Numbered from the stretch's first letter, positions 34,882 to 43,834 are shown. The stretch is DNA of 64,000 nt from Candidatus Anstonella stagnisolia (GCA_902384585.1 CABMCJ010000004.1:322086-386085), one strand, 5' to 3'. The notes: a model not told the origin generated them from the letters alone. Numbers and translations: made by a program.

Positions 34882-35850
34882 ATGAACATGAACCGAGCCT
34901 TAGTGCCAACTGCAAGAAATGCGAGAGCGCTAGAGCCAGCCCTGCTTTTTTTTAATGCGAGAAAGCCCCTTGCACTGAGGACGGATGTTGGGGCGCTTGC
35001 TTTCATGCAGCACAACAACCGCCTGCCTGATTCTTCAAAAAGGGTCCCGAGATTGGAGGCATGTGGCAGAGTGGAAAACGTTGTGTGGGAAAGGTATTCG
35101 CACGCGCTTTGCGAGAATGGAAAATGCGTTGTGCAGGCTGCTTATGATGAGAGGCACGTGAATGTCGGTACAGGCTTGCACAAAATGGAATTCGCGCACG
35201 GAAAAGTCGTGAGGACGCGCGCTGGAAATTATGCAGTGCGAAAGGTGCGCGATGTCGCTAGTGCAGTTGAGCTTCTTGGGATGCAAACTCCTATTGGGAT
35301 TGCAAAGGTTGCGGCAGTTGTGAAAACGCAAAAAGGGGAGGTTTATGCACTGTCGCACGTTGGAAAGCGAGGGCAGCTGGGGCAGGCCGAAATGTCTGAT
35401 GAAGCAGCGCGCTCGCTTGGGAAGACGTTTGCAAACGCGCACACAATGAAAATGCTTACTGGAGGGGCTACAGGCGAGAACGAGGTTTTCATAAATGAGG
35501 GAAGCGCTGTTGTAGCATCTGCATATGGAAAGGCTGAAAACTGGGAGGAATTGCCCAATGAGTTTTTCATAAGCGTTGCGTCGTTACTGAAGAAAGGGCT
35601 GATAAGCTGGGGGCAGGCACAAATCATTGTTGCCGAATATTTTGATGCGCATCCGACTCTGAGGCACCTTATTAATGAGGACAGGAGAGGCAGCAAGGAA
35701 GAGGTTTTTGCAATTCCGGTCAGCTGGGCGGACGGAAAGAGCGCAGGGCACATAATAAAGCCAAAAGACAGGAAAGTGAAAGTGCACACGCGCAAAGGAT
35801 ATCGGCAGCGCGCAATGGGAAGGGTGTGCGCGTATTTTAGGCTTCTCTAA
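34882..35850 (+). CDS. hypothetical protein
   Basis: 322-aa ORF. No confident motif. Its end overlaps the rad50 end by 4 nt (convergent). Confidence 0.5.
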   Translation: MNMNRALVPTARNARALEPALLFFNARKPLALRTDVGALAFMQHNNRLPDSSKRVPRLEACGRVENVVWERYSHALCENGKCVVQAAYDERHVNVGTGLHKMEFAHGKVVRTRAGNYAVRKVRDVASAVELLGMQTPIGIAKVAAVVKTQKGEVYALSHVGKRGQLGQAEMSDEAARSLGKTFANAHTMKMLTGGATGENEVFINEGSAVVASAYGKAENWEELPNEFFISVASLLKKGLISWGQAQIIVAEYFDAHPTLRHLINEDRRGSKEEVFAIPVSWADGKSAGHIIKPKDRKVKVHTRKGYRQRAMGRVCAYFRLL

Positions 35851-38141
35851 ATTTTCTCTACTAATGTGTCTTCTTGTTTTGCATTGTCGCGAATCAGGCG
35901 GTAGAAGGTTCCCTGCTGCGAGTCTACTAAAGCCTGCTCGTGCGTAATCACGAAGATTTGCTCTACGATGGAGGGAAGCTTTTCAGAGAGGGCGGATGCG
36001 AGCATGGAAACTGCCTGCGCATCAAGGTTGTGCGTGGGCTCGTCCAGGATGAGCCAGCTTATGTGGGGCGTAAGCACTGTTGCAAAAGAGACGCGAAGCG
36101 AAAGGGAAAGGCATGCGCGCTCTCCGCCGGATGCAAGTGAATACACGCTCTTCCAGCCGTTGTTTTCCATTTCTATTGAGTAGTCCTTTGCGTCCGCGAC
36201 CAGGCGGACACAGGTGCAATCGGAATATGGGTAGAGGATGGGCCAGATGTGCGAGAGTGCAGCGTTTATCTCCTCTATGAGGAGCGTGCGCACCTGGGAT
36301 TGCACTTGCAGCATGCAATTCTTGTATGCGAGCATTTCCTGCTCGCATTTGCGGTAGTAAGTTGCATCCTGCTGCAATTGGAGCAGGAGGGCAAGCTCCT
36401 TTTTGCAGGAAGAGTGCATTTGGGAAAGTGAAAGGATTTGCTGCTGCAATGAGGAGAGCTTTGCCTTTGAAACCTCTATTTTGGACTTGTTGCTTTCAAC
36501 AAGCGTGCGCAGGAAATCAAATTCCTCCTCCTTGAAATTGAGCGAGGAGAGTTCGGCTTGCGCGGATTGGAGAAGCGCACGCGTCTTTTCAAGCTCGTCT
36601 TTTTTTGAGGCAAGCTCCCTGCATTGCTTTAGGAGCTGCACAAGCTGCTCGTGTTCCTTTTGGGAAAGGGAAATTGAGGCGCTTGTTGCATTGCGCTCGC
36701 GAATCTGGGAGCCAAGTTCCTTGTTTGCAGATTCAAGCTCTGCTGAGATAACTGATGCGTCGGGGAGGTTTTCCGAGAGCGCGCTTATGGACTGGGAGAG
36801 CGTTTGCGCCTCTTTTAGCTTTGCCTCAAGCTCGCGCATCTGGGCATCAAGGGATGAAATGTTTGCGGATGCGTCCTTGAGCTTTTGGGTGCCCTCCTGC
36901 AACTGCGCATTCTTTTCCTCGTGCAAATGCTTGGATTTTTCCTCCCCCAAGGGTGAGCCGCACACAGGGCAGTCTGCGCCTGCGATTTGCAAGGCGGAAA
37001 CCGCCTTTTCAACCTCCGCGATTGTTGCCATGAGGGCTGCGCGCTGCGCTTGCAGGCTGCGCTGGGATTCCTGCATGGAGGAGAGCTGCTGCTGCAGGGA
37101 TGCGAGGGGCGTGTCGCCAATGCATTGAAAGAGGCGCGCCTGCTGTGAGGTTATTTTTTGCGAGCGCACCTGCGCGTCCTTTAATTGCGAGGAGAGCGTG
37201 CCAACCTTTTGGGAAATGGAATCGCAGAGCTTTTGCAATCCCGCAAAGGAAAGCAACAGGGAATCTATGCTCTGTTTTGAGGAAGATATTTTTTCCTGAA
37301 CCTGCTGCTCTGTCGGGTATTTTTCTGCAGAGGAAATTTCCTGTTCAAGGTGTTCGCATATTATGCCAAGGCGGGTTTTTTGCAATGTGAGGGAGGCGTA
37401 TTTTTCCTTTAGGGGGGAAAGCCCTGCGAGTTTTTTTGTGTTGTCTTCGAGTATGGAATTTGCAGTGGAAAGGAAAGAGTTTTCCCCCTCAAGCTGCGCT
37501 TGAATGAGCCCGCTTTCCTTTTCAAGGCTTTCGCACTTTTTTTCAAGAGCCTGCAGGTCTGCGGTCTTGAGTGTTTCCTCTGCCTGCGAATATAAGTCAA
37601 GAAACCTGTTTGCTGCGAAAACCGCGCCAGAGCGGGCTGCCTCAAAATGGTCGAGCCCGAGCAGCTCGTCTATTTGGGCCTTTCTTTCCTTTGGGGAGAG
37701 CCACAAGAGGGAATCAATTTTATTTTGCTCGGAATACACTGCGCGCACAAAGCTGTCGAAATCTATTGAGAGGAGCTTGCAGGCAGCATCCGTTACTGCC
37801 TTGGGGCCTTTTTCAAAGAGTTTTTCGTTTTTTGAAATTGAAGCAGACGGGGAGGAGAGATGCGAAAATGAGCGGGAGATTTTGTAAGTGTCTGAATTCT
37901 TTTTGAAAGTTATTTCTACGGAGCAGGTTGCGCTCTTGTTGCGGAAGTTTATTGTGTCTGCGAGCGTTGTCTCTTTTCTTGCGAGCTTTGGGAAAGTCCC
38001 AAAGAGCGCAAAGCAGAGTGCATCCATAACGGAAGACTTGCCTGCGCCCATTTTCCCCACGAGGATGTTTGTGCCTTTTGAGAAGGTGAAACTGGAGCTT
38101 GAGTGCGAGCGCCAGTTGGTGAGAGTGAGAGAAAGAAGCAT
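35847..38141 (-). CDS. rad50: Rad50 DNA double-strand-break repair ATPase
   Basis: Walker A GKMGAGKSS, coiled coils, zinc hook CPVCGSPL in the middle, and C-terminal signature SGGERACLSLSLRV with Walker B WLILDEPTHNLD. Confidence 0.9.
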   Translation of the reverse strand: MLLSLTLTNWRSHSSSSFTFSKGTNILVGKMGAGKSSVMDALCFALFGTFPKLARKETTLADTINFRNKSATCSVEITFKKNSDTYKISRSFSHLSSPSASISKNEKLFEKGPKAVTDAACKLLSIDFDSFVRAVYSEQNKIDSLLWLSPKERKAQIDELLGLDHFEAARSGAVFAANRFLDLYSQAEETLKTADLQALEKKCESLEKESGLIQAQLEGENSFLSTANSILEDNTKKLAGLSPLKEKYASLTLQKTRLGIICEHLEQEISSAEKYPTEQQVQEKISSSKQSIDSLLLSFAGLQKLCDSISQKVGTLSSQLKDAQVRSQKITSQQARLFQCIGDTPLASLQQQLSSMQESQRSLQAQRAALMATIAEVEKAVSALQIAGADCPVCGSPLGEEKSKHLHEEKNAQLQEGTQKLKDASANISSLDAQMRELEAKLKEAQTLSQSISALSENLPDASVISAELESANKELGSQIRERNATSASISLSQKEHEQLVQLLKQCRELASKKDELEKTRALLQSAQAELSSLNFKEEEFDFLRTLVESNKSKIEVSKAKLSSLQQQILSLSQMHSSCKKELALLLQLQQDATYYRKCEQEMLAYKNCMLQVQSQVRTLLIEEINAALSHIWPILYPYSDCTCVRLVADAKDYSIEMENNGWKSVYSLASGGERACLSLSLRVSFATVLTPHISWLILDEPTHNLDAQAVSMLASALSEKLPSIVEQIFVITHEQALVDSQQGTFYRLIRDNAKQEDTLVEKI

Positions 38142-38175
38142 GAGTCGCTATCTGCGGCAAATAATAAAAGGCGAA

Positions 38176-38454
38176 CTACTCGCTTTCTTTCTCTGCTTCT
38201 TTTTTTGCTTCGGGGAGGGTGAGCACTTCCTGTATCGCGTCTGTGCGCGCCTTGTACACTTCTATGTATCCTTCAAATTCCTTGAAAAATTCATCTGCTG
38301 CTGCTTCGGAGGAATCCTCCACTATGATGACGGATTTTGTGCGCCAGGGGTAGGTGGAAATCTTTGAGCGCTTTAGGCGGTAGTAGAATCTTCGCTTGAG
38401 CGTGTTGTAGGGGTTCAGGCCCTTTATCTTTATGTCGTAGAAGTAAATGAGCAT
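38176..38454 (-). CDS. small alpha/beta hypothetical protein
   Basis: 92 aa. The beta-alpha-beta pattern (MLIYFYDI...KRRFYYRLKR...KSVIIVED...) recalls a Cas2/VapD-type ferredoxin fold. No family assignment is claimed. Confidence 0.45.
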   Translation of the reverse strand: MLIYFYDIKIKGLNPYNTLKRRFYYRLKRSKISTYPWRTKSVIIVEDSSEAAADEFFKEFEGYIEVYKARTDAIQEVLTLPEAKKEAEKESE

Positions 38455-38483
38455 GAAGGGAGTATTGCAGCAAGCAATAAAAG

Positions 38484-39359
38484 TTAGCCTGCCACTATCG
38501 TAGTTTTAACCCAGTTGTGGAATGTTCCTTTCTGCAATTGCCAGAGTCGTGTTGTTGTTTCGTCCAAGCCCACCCGTTCGCTCGTGAAATTGAAGAAAAG
38601 CTCGTTGCCTGAGTAGCGGTGCGGCTTGCCGTCTTCCTTTACAAGTTTTAGGAGAAGGATGCGCGGGGCAGTGTAGAGCATTGCCTTGCCATTTTCAAGC
38701 GTTATGCACAAATTGAAGCCGAGCTCATCGCCAAAGGGCTTGCTGCGGGCGTCTATGTGCTGGCTTGCAATAGCTTCTGAAAATCTGGAGGCAAATGATT
38801 CAACATTCGCGCGCAATGCTGCATGCAATTCTGTGAAGGAGGTTTTTATCGCATCAAGGACTGCAGGGGGATTGCTTAAATCTATCTCGGTTTCGGCTGC
38901 GAAGGGGTATTTGCCTGAAGGGCTCAATTTTGCGGCGATTATAAGTTCCCGTGCTATTGGGTCCTCAAGGGATTGCCGCAATTGCACTTGATGGGCTGTT
39001 GGAAAATCAGGAGTAGGCGGCTCAAGCACGTGCAGATGGGAATGATGCTCTTGCGTGCTGCCTGCCAGCCTGCGCTCGTTTGCAAGCACAGCTAGTTTAT
39101 TGTCAGTGCTAAGCAACGCATCAATGAAAAAGCACGTTTGCGCCATTGCGCCTTTGTCAAGGGCGCCCAGGGAAGTTGCATGCTCTTTTGGCACTATGAG
39201 CACATGCTTGTGGACGTATGGGAAAGCTGCCGCAAGCACGTTTGCGTTCCTGCCTGCGAATATGGGCTGCTCGTCCAATGGGCAAAAGGCGCATGCTTTT
39301 TTCTGCCTGCCAGCTGGAGTTGGGATAGCGGGTGAGCTAATGAATAGATGGGTGGGCAT
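38484..39359 (-). CDS. HIT-family (histidine triad) protein with a C-terminal extension
   Basis: CAFCP... then the triad HHSHLHVL. About 150 aa of unassigned C-terminal sequence. Confidence 0.68.
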   Translation of the reverse strand: MPTHLFISSPAIPTPAGRQKKACAFCPLDEQPIFAGRNANVLAAAFPYVHKHVLIVPKEHATSLGALDKGAMAQTCFFIDALLSTDNKLAVLANERRLAGSTQEHHSHLHVLEPPTPDFPTAHQVQLRQSLEDPIARELIIAAKLSPSGKYPFAAETEIDLSNPPAVLDAIKTSFTELHAALRANVESFASRFSEAIASQHIDARSKPFGDELGFNLCITLENGKAMLYTAPRILLLKLVKEDGKPHRYSGNELFFNFTSERVGLDETTTRLWQLQKGTFHNWVKTTIVAG

Positions 39360-39390
39360 GGATATGCTGTGGTAAAAAGAGCTTAAAAAG

Positions 39391-39660
39391 TTATAGCCTG
39401 TCCACGCTAGTTATCTCGACTTGGGAAACTCCCTGTATTTTGGATGCCTTTTCCTCAAGCGAATCTGAGCCGCCTGGGGCGTCGTCTATTATGATGAGAA
39501 GGGTGATTGCCTTCAAACCGAATGCGATGGGCTCTTCCGAGATTTTTGAGGGCGCGAGGGTGTCAAAGATTTTTTTCTTGAGCGCCTCGAAGTTGTCCAT
39601 GTTCTCTGGAAGGATTTTCATTTCTACTGCTACTTTGCCCATAAGTTTCACCTTTTGCAA
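39391..39660 (-). CDS. translation elongation factor aEF-1 beta
   Basis: 89 aa. GKVAVEMKILPE...AFGLKAITLLIIIDDAPGGSD...VSQVEITSVDRL is the typical aEF-1beta pattern. Confidence 0.85.
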   Translation of the reverse strand: MQKVKLMGKVAVEMKILPENMDNFEALKKKIFDTLAPSKISEEPIAFGLKAITLLIIIDDAPGGSDSLEEKASKIQGVSQVEITSVDRL

Positions 39661-39813
39661 TTAAGGCCCTTCGACGCCGCACTTGTGGCATTTGTAAGGG
39701 TTTGAGATAAGCCTGCAGTGCTGGCATCGGGCGAGTTTTGTCCCGCAGCCTGGGCAGGCGAACTCTGAGAATGTTTTTGTCTGCTTGCCGCATGTAACGC
39801 AATTTTTCAGCAT
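39661..39813 (-). CDS. Zn-ribbon RNA-binding protein (COG2888-like, 50 aa), below the ORF-track cutoff
   Basis: MLKNCVTCGKQTKTFSEFACPGCGTKLARCQHCRLISNPYKCHKCGVEGP has four CxxC pairs and occupies the conserved archaeal position immediately upstream of aEF-1beta. Confidence 0.7.
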   Translation of the reverse strand: MLKNCVTCGKQTKTFSEFACPGCGTKLARCQHCRLISNPYKCHKCGVEGP

Positions 39814-39919
39814 GTAAAATCACCTGTAATGGGATAATATTGGAGGAGGGGTATTTTAACCATTTCTATCTGCTTGCCTGCGGCAGGAATAAATACCTTA
39901 ATGGGCAGAATACTCTTGC

Positions 39920-39993
39920 GCCCTCGTAGTCTAACCTGGATAGGACACAAGCTTGCGGAGCTTGGGATCCGAGTTCAAATCTTGGCGAGGGCG
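39920..39993 (+). tRNA. tRNA-Arg (anticodon GCG), no intron
   Basis: Hand fold: acceptor GCCCTCG/CGAGGGC, D stem GTCT/GGAC, anticodon stem CAAGC/GCTTG with loop TTGCGGA, T arm CCGAG-TTCAAAT-CTTGG, discriminator G. 74 nt. Confidence 0.92.
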
Positions 39994-40004
39994 TTTTGCT
40001 TCTT

Positions 40005-40940
40005 TTAAATTCTTCCAACTGCCGCAAGCTTAAGGAGAAGGACCTGCTTTTCAAGCTCGCCAAGGCGCACTTTTTCCTGATAAACGTTGAAATTCTTGCG
40101 CTCTATTTTTTGGAGGACCTCGTGGTATACGCCGCCCATCACTACGGTTGCAAAGCGGGAATCGTCAGTGAAGTTCTTCATCCCGCAGAAAGCCTTTTGG
40201 TAGTAGGAATGTGCGCGCCTTGCCTGGAATTTCATCAGTGAATAGTATGAGGAGTTCATAACGCCGCGAAGAAGCTCGCTTTCGGAATAGCCGAAGCGCT
40301 CAAGCTCTTCAAGCGGGATGTATATGCGCCCTTTTTTCGCATCCTCCCCGACGTCGCGCAGGATGTTTGTAAGCTGCAATGCGATTGAGAGGTAACGCCC
40401 GTATTTCTTTGCATTCGGGCTGTTGCAGCCAAAAATGTGAAGGGAGATGCTGCTTATCGTGGTTGCAACAAGCTCGCAGTATGTGAGCAGCTCCTGGAAA
40501 TTCTTGTAGCGGGAAATCGTGAGGTCCATCTTGCAGCCGCGTATCAGGCCCAGGTAGGGCGCTTTTGGGATGTTGTAGCGGTGCACTGCGTCCGAAAGCG
40601 CAATCATTATGGGGTGCGTCGCCTTGTTTTTGTATGCGGAATGCAAATCCGCTTCCCAGCGCGAGAGAAGCCAGTGCACGCCTTTCCCTTTTTGCTCGTC
40701 CACTATGTCGTCTGCATAGCGGCAGAATGCGTAGGAAGCGTACACTGCGTTGCGCTTTTCCTCTGGGAGGAACTGGAAGCCGAGGTAAAAGTTCGTGTCG
40801 CACTTCTTTGTAACTTCGTGGCAGTAGGAATAGGCTTTCTTGAGAACCTCGGATGGAAAGTGCTGCGCATAGGCGCGCTCTTTTGCTTTTGTAGTGATTA
40901 TCTTTGAAGACACCATTCGCACCTTGCTCCGTGTTTGCAC
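40005..40940 (-). CDS. squalene/phytoene synthase family prenyltransferase
   Basis: First Asp-rich motif YAFCRYADDIVDE and second motif NILRDVGEDAKKGRIYIP. Confidence 0.88.
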   Translation of the reverse strand: MQTRSKVRMVSSKIITTKAKERAYAQHFPSEVLKKAYSYCHEVTKKCDTNFYLGFQFLPEEKRNAVYASYAFCRYADDIVDEQKGKGVHWLLSRWEADLHSAYKNKATHPIMIALSDAVHRYNIPKAPYLGLIRGCKMDLTISRYKNFQELLTYCELVATTISSISLHIFGCNSPNAKKYGRYLSIALQLTNILRDVGEDAKKGRIYIPLEELERFGYSESELLRGVMNSSYYSLMKFQARRAHSYYQKAFCGMKNFTDDSRFATVVMGGVYHEVLQKIERKNFNVYQEKVRLGELEKQVLLLKLAAVGRI

Positions 40941-41998
40941 TTTTTGTTCCGCTTTGCTCCCATTGCAATTGAGGCGAGAGAATTTTTAAGCATTGAGGGG
41001 GCGTAAAGGGAAGAAAGGTATTGCTGGAAATCCTTTTTTGGGGGGGAGGAAAGGAAATGCGAAATTCCCCGCTCGCCTGCAGCTTCAAGCGCTATTCGCA
41101 GCAGGGCCGCGGTTTTGAATTTTTCAAGGAACTCGTTTTTCCAGAGCGGGTCAAACTCCACGTTGTGCAGTATGCTCTGTGCCGCGAGCATTCCGCTTCT
41201 TATGCAATAGCGCAAGCCTATCCCAAGGGAAAGGTCCTGGAAGCCCGCAGCCTCCCCTATGTAGAGCTTTTCGTTTTCCTGCGCGGTTTTGGGAAGGAAA
41301 AAATTCACGTAGCTTGCCTTTGTTTCGCCTTTTTCAAGCGCGCTTTCCTTAAGGAAGAATTCGCGTGCGAAAAGCGAGGTTGCTTTTCTGTGGTAGGATG
41401 CAAGGTTGGGCAAATCGGCGGTTATTGCGGTGCCAAGGGTAACGCGGCCGCCGTCGGAAAGGATGTATGCATAACCTCCGCTTGGCGCGATTTTATTGCC
41501 AAGAATTACGGCGCAAATATCTTTTCCCAAATCCGCATCAAAAGAGGTCTCCATTGCAGAACCATCTATGCTGGATGGGCCGGTTGCGAATATGTCTGTT
41601 TGCTCGTAGGGAAGCGTGCTTGAGAAATGCACCTGCGCGCCAAAGTGCTGCGCGCTTTTGAGAAGGGCGGAATCAAGCGAATCTGGTTCCCTTCCCCTGC
41701 GGATAAGGTGCCAGTAGGGCTTTTTGCTTTTGAACTCCGCGCATCGCATTTTCTCGTCGTACGCGAGGAAAGAATGCTGCGGCTTGCAAAAGAAATCCGA
41801 GGATATGCCTGCTGCTTTCAGTTGCTCTGGGAAAGGGGTTTGCCCTGTCCAGTTCTCAAGCACCTGGAAGGAATTTGTGAAACGCGGCGAAAGTACGGGT
41901 GCGCGCTCGTGCACGTGGGATTCTATGCCGTCTTTTGCAAGCATTGCCGCGCATGCAAGCGCGGATGGGCCTCCGCCTGCGATTTGTATTTGCGTCAC
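40898..41998 (-). CDS. FAD-dependent oxidoreductase (geranylgeranyl-reductase / desaturase-like)
   Basis: N-terminal dinucleotide-binding motif IQIAGGGPSALACAAMLAKDG. 366 aa. Overlaps the start of the synthase gene, so they are probably co-transcribed. Confidence 0.78.
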   Translation of the reverse strand: MTQIQIAGGGPSALACAAMLAKDGIESHVHERAPVLSPRFTNSFQVLENWTGQTPFPEQLKAAGISSDFFCKPQHSFLAYDEKMRCAEFKSKKPYWHLIRRGREPDSLDSALLKSAQHFGAQVHFSSTLPYEQTDIFATGPSSIDGSAMETSFDADLGKDICAVILGNKIAPSGGYAYILSDGGRVTLGTAITADLPNLASYHRKATSLFAREFFLKESALEKGETKASYVNFFLPKTAQENEKLYIGEAAGFQDLSLGIGLRYCIRSGMLAAQSILHNVEFDPLWKNEFLEKFKTAALLRIALEAAGERGISHFLSSPPKKDFQQYLSSLYAPSMLKNSLASIAMGAKRNKKCKHGARCEWCLQR

Positions 41999-42106
41999 AG
42001 GGGAGAATTGCAGAGCAGGTTATTATTTTGTTGCCCTCTGGTAGATATTTATATATTTTCGTGGTCATATAACGCGTTATATAATTGGCGGTTAGGGGAT
42101 GTAATA

Positions 42107-42844
42107 ATGGATTATAAGCCTGATTCTTTAGCATTTGGAAGCATTGCTGCGCCTTTAACACGAAACACCTGCCCGGGGGCAGGCATGCTGGCTTTGTCTG
42201 CTGTGGCAGAGAGGAAATTGACCCGGTTCAGGAATGCGCTTTTGGAGATGGAAGAAGGCGGGAGGGGTTTGAAAAACCAGAGTGAAATGCTTAAGCGCAT
42301 AGGGGAAGCAATGGATAATGCGATTGCGGAACATGGAAAACGTGCCGGTTCGCTCGCTTTTTATACCGCGCTGAAGATGGGGGCAGGCACTGATGACGCT
42401 TATAAGCTGTTCTGGTGCGGACTCCTGCATGATGCATGCAAAATGTTTGTGAACGGGAATTTTATTGAAAAGCCCCACAAGCTTGAACAGGAGGAAATGG
42501 AAGAAGTGAGAATGCACGTAAGGATAGTGCATCTTGTTGCAGACAGGGTTAAGTGGCTTGCAGGGGTTGAGGACGCAATGAGGTACCACCATGAGAATTG
42601 GGACGGAAGCGGATATCCAAATGGCTTGAAAGGGGAGGAAATACCGCTTGCGGCAAGGATAGTGGGAGTGGTGGATGCGTTTGATGCGATGGTGGATGGG
42701 AAAAGGGAATACAAAAAACCCCTAGATTATGATGAGGCTATTGCGGAACTGGAAAGAGCTTCTGGGACGCAGTTTGACCCGAATGTTGTCCGGGCGTTTG
42801 TAGAAATGTTCGGGGAACGCAATGAAGCGCAAAAGGCGGAATAG
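42107..42844 (+). CDS. HD-GYP-type HD-domain phosphohydrolase
   Basis: GLLHDACK...HHENWDGSGYPNGLKGEEIPLAARIVGVVDAFDAM. Start moved to ATG 42107, because the upstream part of track ORF 41627..42844 overlaps the oxidoreductase on the other strand. Confidence 0.83.
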   Translation: MDYKPDSLAFGSIAAPLTRNTCPGAGMLALSAVAERKLTRFRNALLEMEEGGRGLKNQSEMLKRIGEAMDNAIAEHGKRAGSLAFYTALKMGAGTDDAYKLFWCGLLHDACKMFVNGNFIEKPHKLEQEEMEEVRMHVRIVHLVADRVKWLAGVEDAMRYHHENWDGSGYPNGLKGEEIPLAARIVGVVDAFDAMVDGKREYKKPLDYDEAIAELERASGTQFDPNVVRAFVEMFGERNEAQKAE

Positions 42845-42847
42845 GGA

Positions 42848-43705
42848 TTATTGCAGCTCGTCAAGTATTTTGCTTATGTCCACGTTTTCTATTGGGCGCT
42901 TGCACGTTGGCATCTCGGAAAGGTGCGGGATGCCGTCCTCGTAAGTGGGCTTATCCTCCTTGTAGAAAACCCCGATTGGGATTTTGTCGCCCCACTCAAA
43001 AGTTTTTGCAAATGCAGCCTGCTTGTCCTCCGCATTGTGGTTCTTTTCATCAAGCTTGTACACGCGCTGCATGAAGTATTGGTAGGTATTTAACTTGTTG
43101 AAAGTGACGCAGGGCTGCAGCACGTCTATGAGGGAAAAGCCCTTGTGATTTATGCCGCCGAGTATTGTATTTACCATGTGGGGCAAATCCCCTGAGAAGG
43201 TGCGCGCAACGTAAGTAGCGCCCGAGGAAATCGCAAGCGCCAGCGGGTTCACAGGGTCTTCAAGCACCCCGTGCGGCGTGCTCTTGGATTTGTAGCCTTT
43301 TTCGCTTGTGGGCGAAGTCTGCCCTGTTGTAAGCCCGTACACCTGGTTGTCGTGCACTATGTAAGTGATGTCCAGGTTGCGGCGCATTGAATGTATGAAA
43401 TGCCCCATCCCGATTCCGTATCCGTCGCCGTCGCCTCCGACTGCGATTACTGTGAGGAGATGGTTGCCCAGCTTAACGCCGGTTGCGACTGGAAGCGAGC
43501 GGCCGTGCAGGGACTCGTATGCATACGTTTTCATGAAATGCGGGAGCTTTCCGGAACAGCCTACTCCGGAAACAACTACTGTGTCCTTTGGGTCTATCTC
43601 GCTTTTTGCAAGCGCGTTCTTTAGGGATATCAGGATTGGGAAATTCCCGCAGCCTGGGCACCATTCGGGCGCGTGGCCGCTTTCGTATTGTTGGACTGTT
43701 GCCAT
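42848..43705 (-). CDS. korB: 2-oxoacid:ferredoxin oxidoreductase beta subunit (TPP-binding)
   Basis: MATVQQYESGHAPEWCPGCGNFPIL...GVGCSG...GGDGDGYGIG. Start at ATG 43705. The 21 extra codons of the track ORF lie in the insert. Confidence 0.92.
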   Translation of the reverse strand: MATVQQYESGHAPEWCPGCGNFPILISLKNALAKSEIDPKDTVVVSGVGCSGKLPHFMKTYAYESLHGRSLPVATGVKLGNHLLTVIAVGGDGDGYGIGMGHFIHSMRRNLDITYIVHDNQVYGLTTGQTSPTSEKGYKSKSTPHGVLEDPVNPLALAISSGATYVARTFSGDLPHMVNTILGGINHKGFSLIDVLQPCVTFNKLNTYQYFMQRVYKLDEKNHNAEDKQAAFAKTFEWGDKIPIGVFYKEDKPTYEDGIPHLSEMPTCKRPIENVDISKILDELQ

Positions 43706-43778
43706 AAGATTACCTACTGATATAATTTCCGTCAACGCTTTTTGCGCCGTACCCGCCTGGAGGCGCAAAAAGGGTTGT
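43706..43778 (-). other. 73-nt insert in the korB start region; its first 53 nt (43778..43726) are homologous to the tRNA-Gln intron
   Basis: Minus strand ACAACCCTTTTTGCGCCTCCAGGCGGGTACGGCGCAAAAAGCGTTGACGGAAA versus intron 20657..20709, which differs at 3 positions, all in the loop between CTTTTTGCGCC and GGCGCAAAAAG. Confidence 0.85.
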
Positions 43779-43826
43779 GCACCATTCTGGCGCGTGGCCG
43801 CTTTCGTATTGTTGGACTGTTGCCAT
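43779..43826 (-). repeat. upstream duplicate of the first 48 nt of korB (opens a 38-codon uORF)
   Basis: Identical to 43658..43705 except for one synonymous position (CCA versus CCC). It starts 8 nt after the korA stop, which is the expected natural korB start position. Confidence 0.9.
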
Positions 43827-43834
43827 ATTATCGC

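Noticed and set aside
38176-38454. Cas2 homolog suggested by the MLIYFYDI... beta-alpha-beta pattern.
   Set aside because: There is no CRISPR array or other cas gene in the window, and the similarity is only a vague secondary-structure impression. It is kept as a hypothetical protein.
41627-42106. The 160-codon N-terminal extension of the HD-GYP ORF. Similar extensions occur on atpA (25550..25657), atpI (30008..30052), the DedA-like gene (19063..19359), the Cys-repeat gene (56615..56722) and ADI-fold paralog 2 (51580..51654).
   Set aside because: The extensions overlap neighbouring genes or spacers and have no homologous counterpart in the respective families. Better starts with SD-like sequences exist downstream.
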